From positions 83,514,001 to 83,578,000 of the forward strand of contig NC_087443.1 of the NCBI RefSeq assembly GCF_036321535.1: a DNA stretch of 64,000 nucleotides, given 5' to 3'. The stretch is from Camelus dromedarius. Its lineage: Eukaryota. The position numbers and the translations under genes were made by a program. Below the pieces are notes generated by a model. It had not been told where the DNA came from, did not search any database, and was given only the letters and a program-made list of their open reading frames with translations. Shown here one piece after another: positions 1-9,010 of the stretch (the stretch's first letter is position 1; each line of letters opens with the position of its first letter).

Positions 1-1010
1 TGGAGACGCGTGGCTGTCCCCAAAGTGCGGTGGGCTGCTGTTGCGGACGTGGCAATGACAGCGACCAACAGGCCTCCGGTGCTGGCAGACGATGGGTTAG
101 TGGTTCCCACTATTAGGTCTTTGGAGTAAAGCCTGTACGAGATGGTATTCCTGCGAATGCAAGCCCTCCGATGATAAGGGACGTTGTGGTAAAAGGCACT
201 GCTTTACACAGAACTCCTATTTTTTGAGTATCTTGTTCACTGTATGCCGAATAACAGACTTGGAGCGTATCAATGGCACGGCTTTGAAGCATGCATGTGT
301 GCAGGTGTGGAGATGCTCCAGGTGGGGTTGGTTAATCCCCGGAGTTAGTACTAGGAGGCCCAGCTGATTTGAGGTGGAAAAGGCAGCAATATTTTGGATA
401 TCATTTTGGGTGAGAGCACAGATTGCTGTGACAGCCCCTAGGCACAGTGCTATTGTTTGGGTGGTTTTATTGTTTTCTATTAGTGCATAAAAATGGACAA
501 GTAAGAAGACTCCTGTTACAAGAGTGGAGTGGGGCTGGGGCTGCAATGGGGCGCTGCACTGGAGTAGGGGTCGTGGGTGGAGCCAAAATCAGGCTAGAAG
601 TCCAGTGAGGGTTAAATTAGAGTGATTTAAGGTTAAGGATGAAAATTTGTTGTAAATCCTATGCGTTTAAGTAGAGCAAGAGCAGTGCTGTTAAGCTAAT
701 GATCCAATGTCGCCAACGCAGTTTGTGAGATTGCTTGGAGGGCAGTGGGGTTTGTTTCTGTTTGACTGTGTCATCGTCCAGTTAATGAAAAAGACATGAT
801 TCCAACTCCCTCTCATCTGATAAAAAGTTGGAGAAGGTTGTTGGCAGCAACTAAAACTAGTATGGTGATAATAAATGTGAGTAGGTGCTTGGAAATTGAT
901 TATTTGGGTCTGGGTGTCTGTATGATATTGAGAATTCTATAATTGACCATGTAACAAAAAGTGCTACTTCTATGAATATCATTGAGAAATGGTCTAATTT
1001 AAAGCCAATT
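1..1010 (-). pseudogene. NUMT: mitochondrial ND5 pseudogene, middle part (continues beyond the left edge)
   Basis: Minus-strand translations resemble ND5: [58 protein letters not shown], and a GFYSKDL-like segment near 120-150. Frameshifted and decayed. Confidence 0.95.
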
Positions 1011-1014
1011 GATA

Positions 1015-2155
1015 CACCAAAGGAAACCATAAGCAAAATGAAAGACACTCTGGGAGAAAATATTTGCAAACGATGCAACTGACAAAGGCTTAACTTCCAG
1101 AATATATAAATAACTCCTACAACTCAATAACAACAAAAAAAACCCCAATCAAAAAAATGGGCAGAAGACCTAAACAGATATTTCCCCAGTGAAGACATAC
1201 AGATGGCCAATAAGCACATGAAAAAATGCTCAGTGTCACTAATTATCAGAGAAATGCAAATCAAAACTACAATGAGGTATCACCTCACATGAGCCAGAAT
1301 GGTCATTGTTAAAAAATCCACAAATGATAAGTGTCGGAAAAGGTGTGGAAAAAAGTAAACCCTCCTACACTGTTTGTGAGAATGTAGTTTGGTGCTGCCA
1401 CTATGGAAAACAGTATGGATATTCCTTAAAAAACTAAAAATAGAGTTACCATATGATCCAGCAATCCTAATCTCGGGCATGGATCCAGAGAAAATTCTAA
1501 TTCAGAAAGATACACGCAGCCTAATGTTCATAGAAGCTCTATTTATAATAACCAAGACATGGAAGCAACCTAAATGCCCATTGAAAGATANNNNNNNNNN
1601 NNNNNNNNNNNNNNNNNNNNNNNNNNNNNNNNNNNNNNNNNNNNNNNNNNNNNNNNNNNNNNNNNNNNNNNNNNNNNNNNNNNNNNNNNNNNNNNNNNNN
1701 NNNNNNNNNNNNNNNNNNNNNNNNNNNNNNNNNNNNNNNNNNNNNNNNNNNATACCAAGTGAAGTAAGTCAGACAGAGAAATATCATATGATATTACTTA
1801 TAAGTGGAATCTAAAAAAAATAATACAAATGAACTTATTTACAAAACAGAAACAAACTCACAGACATAGGAAATGAATTTAGGGTTACCAAAGGGGAAAA
1901 GTGTTGGGGGCTGGGGGAGGGATACATTAGGAGTTTGGGATTAGCAGATACAGACTACTATATATAAAATAGATAAGCAACAAGGTCCTACTGTACAGCA
2001 CAGGGAACTATATTCAATATCTTATAGTAACCTATAATGAAAAAGAATATGAAAAATAATATATATGTGTATAAGTTAATCACTATGCTGTAAACCAGAA
2101 ACGCAACATTGTAAATCAACTAAACTTCAATAAAAAAAGAGAAATTAAAAAAAAT
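1015..2155 (+). mobile_element. 5'-truncated L1 (ORF2 3' end plus 3'UTR and A-rich tail) inserted in the NUMT; contains an N gap at 1591-1751
   Basis: ORF2 C-terminal remnant ([21 protein letters not shown]), cetartiodactyl-type 3'UTR and A tail. Target-site duplication AAAGCCAATT(G/A)ATA at 1001-1014 and 2156-2169, with a TTT/AAAG endonuclease-type site. Confidence 0.93.
1591..1751. other. Assembly gap (run of N)
   Basis: 161 N bases. Confidence 1.
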
Positions 2156-2392
2156 AAAGCCAATTAATAGTTTAGGGTTTGAATAATAATTCAATGTCAG
2201 TTGGAAATTATTATTTTCTGGTTTGAGGAAATAAATATTGTTGTGGGAATTAAGCTGGTAACAAAGGCATATGAGATCATGGTTTTACATAAAATGGACA
2301 TAGGTTTCTTTTGAGATGTTGGAGGTGGTTATTATAGTTGGCAAAGTTAGTATAAATAGTGTGATTTGTGTAGAAGAGGCAAGTTAATGTAT
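2156..2392 (-). pseudogene. NUMT: ND5 5' part
   Basis: The reverse complement directly follows tRNA-Leu and joins the 1-1010 segment across the L1 TSD. Confidence 0.9.
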
Positions 2393-2462
2393 TACTTTTA
2401 TTTGGAGTTGCACCAGTGTTTTGGTTCCTAAGACCAAGGAATTACTTCCAGCCTTTAAAAGT
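2393..2462 (-). pseudogene. NUMT: mt-tRNA-Leu(CUN) pseudogene
   Basis: RC ACTTTTAAAGG...TTGGTCTTAGGAACC...GGTGCAACTCCAAATAAAAGTA; TAG anticodon retained. Confidence 0.92.
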
Positions 2463-2520
2463 TTGAAAAAGCCATATTGTTAAATCTGGAGGCGTGAATT
2501 AGGCATTTGCATACTTTTGT
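2463..2520 (-). pseudogene. NUMT: mt-tRNA-Ser(AGY) pseudogene
   Basis: RC AAAAGTATGCAA...CTAATTC...TATGGCTTTTTCA, lying between His and Leu as in mammalian mtDNA. Confidence 0.85.
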
Positions 2521-2589
2521 GGGAAATAACAAAGTCTGAGCTTCTGTTGTGAGATTCACAATCTAATGTTTTTGTTAAACTATATTTAC
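2521..2589 (-). pseudogene. NUMT: mt-tRNA-His pseudogene
   Basis: RC GTAAATATAGTTTAACAAAAACATTAGATTGTGAATCT; GTG anticodon retained. Confidence 0.93.
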
Positions 2590-2730
2590 CACATATAGGC
2601 CCCCAAATAACTTTGGGATTGAGTGATGGGAGTAGACAGGGTAATGAGGGGAGAGTTATGAGGGTTTCTCTCATGTAAATGGTGGTTTAATATTGTTTAT
2701 ATGATGTGTATGTTTCCCTCACCGTGTTAC
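2590..2730 (-). pseudogene. NUMT: ND4 3' end
   Basis: RC GAGGGAAACATACACATCATATAAACAATATTAAACC...CTCAATCCCAAAGTTATTTGGGG matches the ND4 C-terminus (RGKYTxHINNI...LNPKII). Confidence 0.88.
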
Positions 2731-3208
2731 TGAGACAGGAGCGAAGGGGGCAGGGCAAGGCCACTGAAGGAATGACACAGCAGTTAGCACCAAGACGGCG
2801 GAAGACTCAACCCCCAGTAGACCTTGAGGCCCAAGACGGCAGGATACTTAACTTCCAGTGGACCTTGAGCTTCATGATACACGTTGTAGTGCATTAGTCT
2901 GATAAATGACACTCCCACGGGCGCCAGGACACCTGAGGCTGACCACAGAAGGTCAAAAGCGGGAGGTGCCCCAGCTCCTGGGAATACCCTTGCCCCTTCA
3001 CCTTCCAAGGCAGCCCGAACTCTGTCTACAGAGGGTATTACCTTTAATTTAACCAGCTCCCCCCCTCCCGTGTACATCTCCCTATAAATCTACCTTTATT
3101 CATCTGTGGCTTGCTCCTGAACTCTTTCCAAGGACTCTCACTTGAGGGCGGTGCATCCCAGGGACTCAACCGAGACCTGCCTGCACCCTCCTCCTTTCTC
3201 TTGTATCA
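2731..3208 (+). mobile_element. Solo ERV1-like LTR (family A) inserted in the NUMT
   Basis: TG...CA termini. Collinear similarity to the inverted copy at 48402-49037 (TGAGACAGGAG(C/G)GAAGGGGGCAGGGC... and ...CTCAACCGAGACCTG...TG(T/C)ATCA). Confidence 0.85.
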
Positions 3209-3302
3209 TCTTGACGAATGACTGGAGAGAGTGTAAGGCGGTGATGACTGTATTGACCACTATTTGGATGACACTGGTGTTGGGTCACGAGGAAGATGGC
3301 AG
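3209..3302 (-). pseudogene. NUMT: ND4 fragment between two LTRs
   Basis: RC ...ATAGTGGTCAATACAGTCATCACCGCCTTACACTCTCTC corresponds to ND4 GVNMVITALYSL. Confidence 0.75.
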
Positions 3303-3824
3303 TGCCTTAACCCAGCCAGGGCTCTTGTGCCGGCGGAGCAGAAAGCAAACTGACAGCAGGTGTGTGCAGCAAAGTGAGGGTTTATCCCAGGGCACTGAGC
3401 AAGGGCGGGAGAGACAGTCTCAGACCCACTCCTCCTCGGTCTGTGACTTAGGGGATTTTGCTAAAGGGGAAGAGCGGAGAACTGGGATTAGTCACAGCTT
3501 TGTGACACATCTGTAACATTTCCGTGACATTTCTTAATCTAGTTTCAGGAGTCCGCCAGGTGGTCTGTGGCTCCGGGGTCTGTTGGCTCACCCTGCCCTG
3601 GGGGGAGAGCCTGGGTTTTAATGATGATGTCTACACCAGCAATTCTAGTGCCTTAACTGTGTTATCAACAGCCGTGTTCTTAGTCATCTGACTCTGGGTG
3701 ACTAGTGTTCAGTCAGCACAGGATTGAGGTCAGAGGGGACAAGAAAGGGAATAAAGTTTTGGGTGCAGAGGTTAAAGTCAGTAAGGCAACTCAGTTCTAG
3801 GGGGACTCAGCTTCATTAGTACGA
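3303..3824 (-). mobile_element. Solo LTR (family B) inserted in the NUMT
   Basis: Collinear similarity with 30410-30897 (GTGGTCTGTGGCTCCGG, TGTTCAGTCAGCACAGG, GAGGTCAGAGGGGAC). Confidence 0.82.
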
Positions 3825-4440
3825 ATGATTCCCATTATGCAGATTGCTGGGGGCAGGGCTAGGTTTGTAAGAATTGCTGGTGTCACCACGTTGCTGTTTG
3901 TGGAAGAGATGTTGGTAGCCTGCGGGCTAGAGTTACGGTTTGTCCGTGAGCACGTTCGTCTTTTGAATTTTCTAAGCAAAACAATACAGATGATGCGAGG
4001 CCACGAGCAATTATTAGGGCGGTAGCCCGTCCACTGCTTCAAGGTGCCTGGATGAGAACAGGTCCGATGACAAGGCCTCGTGGCTAACGGAGGAGCGTGT
4101 AATGAGTGACTTTGAGTCTGTTCAGTGCAAGCAGGGTGAGCTGTTATGATTACTCCTCACAAGGATGATTTGAGTGCTGGACGTGCTACGTGGCGTGTTG
4201 GGGGTTTAGGACTACGTGCCGTGCTGTGCCCCGAAGCCGCCCAGCCCATCGGGAGTGGTGTGGCTGGTCTCTCTGTGCCTCCCACGTCCTGGGTTTCACC
4301 CTTGGGGGCGGATTTTCACTAGAAAAGCTATTATGCATGCTAACCATATGGAAATGTTGGATCAAGAGTCAGACATTGCTTGCGTTCAGTACTAGATTAT
4401 CAGAACTTTCAGTGAACCGGCATAGTTTGGAGGAGTCCTG
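3825..4440 (-). pseudogene. NUMT: ND4 middle part, strongly GC-shifted
   Basis: The RC retains ND4 motifs: TGGTTAGCATGCATAATAGCTTTT (WLACMMAF), ACAGACTCAAAGTCACTCATTAC (TDLKSLIAY) and CTTACAAACCTAGCCCTGCCCCC (LTNLALPP). Confidence 0.88.
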
Positions 4441-4499
4441 GTGCAGAGCTCCACCCCATGGGCAGGGCGGGCTGGCAGGTCTTCCTGGAGCAGTCAGCC

Positions 4500-4810
4500 C
4501 CCTGGGGGCCCGATGCCCCCAAGGGACAAAGCCCAGGGCCTGCAGCATCAGGACACCTGTGGGCGGGGTGGAGGCGGTGCAGATTCCAGGGTGGCAGGTA
4601 GGTAGGTGGGGTCGGGCTGGGTGGACCTGGGAGATACAGGTTCCACTGCCTGGACTTCTGTCCAGACACGCCCACATGGGGGCCATAAAACCTCCAGAAG
4701 CTGGGTGGGGAGGAGCGAGGCCTGGCATCTGGATCCCTGGGTCACTGGCTACCCGGGTCTGAGCTACAGGTCCCCCAGAGCACCCTCTACGCTGAGAACA
4801 GGACCCTGAA
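4500..4810 (+). promoter_or_regulatory. PRAP1: Putative PRAP1 proximal promoter and 5'UTR
   Basis: CATAAAA TATA-like box at 4686-4692, a GC box, and HNF4-like GGACAAAGCCCA and TGGACTTCTG motifs upstream of the ATG at 4811. Confidence 0.55.
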
Positions 4811-4818
4811 ATGAAGAG
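4811..4818 (+). CDS. PRAP1: Proline-rich acidic protein 1, coding exon 1 (ATGAAGAG)
   Basis: ATG AAG AG|gtaatg supplies the 2 nt needed for the phase of exon 2. Gene model: 8+67+50+104+170 nt = 132 aa plus stop. Confidence 0.7.
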
Positions 4819-7157
4819 GTAATGCCCAGCACCTGTGAGCCCATGTCCCCACCCAGACCCTGCACCTCTGTTGCTCAGTCACTTGGTTCAGGGACCAGCC
4901 CCTGGGCACCTGTGTCCCCAGCCCGGCCTGGATCCAGGGGCAGGGGCGAGGGCTCTCTGTCTGCAAACCAGTGTTTGGCTGTGGCTGCCCAGAGCGCCAG
5001 CTCCTCCCGGGTGTTTGGGGCTTTGGGGCAGACCTCCCCTCCCGAGTCTCCCAGAGTAACTGTTGCCCATCTGTCTGCGTCTGGGCTCCAGCTCCAAAGG
5101 CAGCCCCTGTGGCCCCTCTGAGAGAGTACACTTGCCCCTTGGGGGTCCCTTGACCCAGTGGAGAATCACCCACTGGAGCAGGAGGTGCGGAGCACAAGGC
5201 TGGAAGGAGGCAGGTCTGACTGGGGGGTAGTCAAGACCAAGGGGCTGGAGGCTGGCAGGGGCTGGGGGAGGGGCAGGCAGAGCCCAAAGGGACATCACCC
5301 TGGGAGCTGGAGGCTCAGGGAGCATGGGGGCTCCTGCTGGACCCTGAAGTCAGAGGCCGTCCTCCCTCAGGGGTCTCCCCTCTCCTCCCCTCCCCTCTTG
5401 TAGGGTGTCCCTCCCCTGGGCCGGAGCTCTCTCTGGCCCTCCTGTCCTGGGGATTCTCCTAGGGACTCCATCTTGTTCAAGAGGCCATGCGGCCTTTATA
5501 GAGAGGTGGGCAGTCTTGGTGTTCAGAGCTGTCTGCCTGGAGAGGGGCCTTCAGGGGGCCCACAGCCAGGCTGCCCCGTGCTCACCACTGCCACCCCTGC
5601 TCCCCGGTCCAGCAGCCTTCTGTCCTGCAAAGTGGCTTCCTGATGTGGCTGAGCAGTGTGGAGCTGGGTGTGAAGTCCAGACACGTAGGCCCAGGCCCCC
5701 ATTTCAATCCTCACCAAGTAGCAGAACCGGCCTCTGTCCGGGGGTCGGTACCCAGGGGAGGCAGGGCAGTTGAACTAGACCAGGCCAGTGCCCTGCAGTC
5801 CAGGGCATGCTCCCACCCTTTGGCCCCTCAGTGTGCATGGGAACCCTCACCCCAATGTGCTGAGTCACCCGGAGAAGGAGCGAAGGTCTTTGTAGGGCTG
5901 GAATCTGGGGCCAGCGGGACGTCATGTAGGAAGCCTTGGCTGGCCATCCCTGCTGACCCTGCGTTCCCCGGCCCTCCCCAGCCCTGGCCCAGCCCACTGC
6001 ACACGCGGACTGCTGAAGATACCCAGGGCATATGAAGCGTTCTGAGTTTATTTAAGCAAAAATCTACTCGAAAATCTACTCGAATCTGGTAGCATCCATC
6101 CAGCAGGAGCTTTCATTACAAAGTGAGACTTACAGGCAGAGGGAGCAGGAACAAGGAGGGGATGTGAAGCAGAGCCTCTGGGTGACTGCAAGGTCACTTC
6201 CCTCAGGAGGTGGCGGGGTCTCTGGCCACCCACCTCACCAGTGTTGACCCAGCGATTCCGGACTGACTGGTTTAAGAGTCTGCTACTGGGAGAGCCCAGA
6301 CTGTAATTCAGTCTCAGTTGGGTGATATGGGGCTTAGCATAAGTAACTCCACCTGGGGCCTGTTGTGTTGGTTTTTAACGACTTGAAAGTCACACATGCT
6401 CATGGACACACATGCACCAGGCACGTGCCCCACAGTGTCTCCTGTCCGTCCTCTGCTCTCCCGACACTGCCGTCTTGGGTAAGGCCTCCTCACTGCTGAG
6501 TCCCCAACACCTTCCGCCCTGTGCACATCTCTGGACATCTACCTTCGGCCGCTGCTCCTCAGACCCCTGCTCAGGCTGGGTCCTTGACCTCCTCTCCCTG
6601 TGGGCGCTCCCGGCCTCCCCCATGTCCAGGCAGAGACTTTGCCTTTCCCGCCTCCTGGGCTTCCTGCCCAGGTACTGGACCTGCTGTCTGTCCACGGCTC
6701 TGGGACTTGCCTCTGAGGAGCCACAGGGCAAGACTGCAGGGGTGCTGAGGGCTTAGAGCGCCCTAACAGCTGAGCCCCGAGCCCGAGCCCCACCAGCGCC
6801 TGAACGTGGGGCGCTGGGGGCCGCACTGACCCAGGCCAGGCCCTGGAGCTGGAGGTGGGGCTCAAATCATCAGGTCCAAGCGGGTGGCCCATGCCTGCAG
6901 GGTGGAGTCTGCCCCTAGTGAGGGATGCAGGGCAGCTGGCAGGAGAGTGGCCTCTGGTCCTGGGGGTTGGGGGCTGGGAGTAGGTGGGGGTCTGTCAAGG
7001 TCCCACCTCTCAATGCCTGAGTGTCCTGGTCTGTGACAAGGGGGACAGTAAACTACCCGTGGACCTGGCCAGGACCTGGCCCCAGGAGTCCTGTCTGGAG
7101 ATGGAAGGGCTGGAGCAGCCCCTCGCCCACCTCTCACTCTCCTCTCTGGTCCTCCAG

Positions 7158-7224
7158 ACTCCTCCTGGTCATTGGCCTGGTGGCTGTGTTGCCGTGGGAG
7201 GCAGGCTCAGTCTTGATACCCCAG
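7158..7224 (+). CDS. PRAP1: PRAP1 exon 2 (signal peptide LLLVIGLVAVLPWEAGSVLIPQ)
   Basis: cag|A...CAG|gtaag; similar to PRAP1 RRLLLVTSLVVVLLWEAGAVPAPK. Confidence 0.92.
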
Positions 7225-7406
7225 GTAAGTGTGGGTTCCTCCCCAGCCTCCCCTCTGCTCCCCCATTAGCCAGCAGGCAGGTGGAGAAGGGCACCTGGCC
7301 GGCCCTGGACCTGAAGACTGCAGGCCCTGTGTACTGGGTGGTACTGTGGGCACTGGGGGGACACAGGATGACTCAGAGCAGCCCCTCTTCGGGGTCTGAT
7401 GGACAA

Positions 7407-7517
7407 GCCTCCATGACCCTAGGTGACCAGGTGGGGGAGGGGGCCTCCATGTCCCCAGGTGACCAGGTTGGGGGGGGGCCTCCATGACCCCAGGTGACCA
7501 GGTTGGGGAGGGGGCCT
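7407..7517. repeat. ~36-bp tandem repeat x3 in PRAP1 intron 2
   Basis: Unit GCCTCCATG(A/T)CCC(T/C)AGGTGACCAGGT(T)GGGGGAGGGG. Confidence 0.9.
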
Positions 7518-8005
7518 GCTGACACTTGCCTGTGCTGTGAAGCCCAGGGCACCTCCATAGGCAAGGCTGCTCAGCTGCGCTGGGTGTCAATAACTGTCTG
7601 GGGCCAGGACTGTGCTGGGGCTGTCACCTCCTCGCCCTGGCTCAAGGCCACTCAGCCCTGCTCACCTGGGAGCGACCAGTTGAAGAGGGAGACACAGGAG
7701 GACCCATAGTTGCTGGGAAGCACTCACTCCACTGGGTCCCTTGTTTCATTTGCTTTCTTGTCCCTGCTGGCCCCTCCTCCTCAGGCCACCAGTCAGGCAC
7801 AGGTGGTGCGGGTGTGACCCGTCTGCTTTCCTCAAGTCTTCCCAGAAACCACAGGGCCCCCAGCCAGTCCCCAGAGGGCCCAGGAGGGGCAGGCAGGGGT
7901 GGAATGGAGTCGGCAAGTGTGATCCAGGGGGCTTTGGAGCTGTTCTCTGACCTTAGACGCTTTGAGGACTGTGCTGAGCCTACATCTGTGGCCTCTCTCT
8001 CTCAG

Positions 8006-8055
8006 GTCCTTCTCAAGACCAAAGGCAAAGTCGGCATGGAGCAGGACACAAAGGA
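8006..8055 (+). CDS. PRAP1: PRAP1 exon 3 (VLLKTKGKVGMEQDTKE)
   Basis: ctcag|GTC...GA|gtgagt; phase consistent. Confidence 0.88.
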
Positions 8056-8621
8056 GTGAGTGCCCCCAGCAGCCCCTCCTGAACTCCTCTGCTGCACCCT
8101 CTTTGGGGCCTCCCTGAGCTGGGGGCCTTGGTGGATGGAGGAGAGGTCCTGTCCAGCAGATTTGGGGAGGGGTGATGCGAGAGTCTCTGGGTCTGTCAAC
8201 AACCAAGCAGATCACAGAGCCTGGGGACTCCAGGCTGCAGTCCCTGCCAGGGCTCCCGCTCAAGGCCAAGGCAGAGACAGAGAAGCCTCTGAACTGTGCC
8301 CTATTCCTGCACCCATGTGAGGACAGCCTGACCAGGCCTGGGGCCTGCTGACATCTGGACAGGACAGAACCTCGGACAAGCCCCAGGGGTCTTCATGGCC
8401 CAGAGCAACCCCGTCCCCATGGATCCCCCCAGGCAACACAGCCTTGGTCTTGGGCCAGGATGTCTTCCCATGCCCCTCACCCTCGGGGATTTCCTGGGCT
8501 CTGCACATGAGGGGTATGGTGGGGGCACCTGGCCCGAGGGTCTGGGTTGGGAGTGGCAGCGTGCTGGCCCTGGGGCCTCCTGCTGTGCACGTGGACCTGA
8601 CCCAGGGGCTTTTGTTCACAG

Positions 8622-8725
8622 GGCCTGGGGTGTCCGAGCAATGGAGCCTCTGGAGAAGGACAACCAGCTCATGGGGCTGCTTGTGGCACCAAAAGTCGCA
8701 GCCGCCCCCTGGGAGGGGGAGCAAG
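8622..8725 (+). CDS. PRAP1: PRAP1 exon 4 (AWGVRAMEPLEKDNQL...)
   Basis: Matches PRAP1 AWGARVVEPPEKDDQL; cag| and |gtcagg boundaries. Confidence 0.9.
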
Positions 8726-8815
8726 GTCAGGGCGGGGGAGCCCTCCAGGGGTCGACTTGGATGATGAGGCCTTGAGAGGGAAGCTGAGGCCACACCTCTA
8801 TCTGTCTGTTCGTAG

Positions 8816-8985
8816 GTGCCAAGGACATCCTGGGCCCTGAACCCGACCATGACAGCCTGTATCACAGCTGGCTGGAGGAGCCCCAGGAGGAGGCGGGGGT
8901 CAGGGCTCTGGTGCTGCCATCTCACCAGGTGCTCGAAGGGCCAGAGGAGGACCGAGACCACATCTACCATCCCAGGGAGTCCTAA
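8816..8985 (+). CDS. PRAP1: PRAP1 exon 5 (EPDHDSLYH...EEDRDHIYHP)
   Basis: Hallmark EPDHDSLYH and EEDxDHIYHP motifs; TAA at 8983-8985. Confidence 0.93.
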
Positions 8986-9004
8986 CCCCTTCCTAGCTGG
9001 AAAA

Positions 9005-9010
9005 AATAAA
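9005..9010 (+). terminator. PRAP1: PRAP1 polyadenylation signal AATAAA
   Basis: AATAAA 20 nt after the stop codon. Confidence 0.8.

Noticed and set aside
217-1078. ORFs 217-546 and 857-1078 as functional NADH dehydrogenase genes
   Set aside because: Frameshifted ND5 NUMT fragments interrupted by an L1; not an intact gene.
1389-1814. 141-aa ORF and other ORFs spanning the N run
   Set aside because: L1 ORF2 C-terminal remnant, inflated by unknown bases.
5803-5812. p53 half-site GGGCATGCTC in PRAP1 intron 1
   Set aside because: Human PRAP1 is a reported p53 target, but only a single half-site is visible here, with no convincing partner.
6058-6085. Short direct repeats (AAAATCTACTCG x2; also 11051-11088, 26134-26171, 13381-13425) as a CRISPR-like or functional array
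   Set aside because: Simple local slippage duplications without spacers; eukaryotic DNA.
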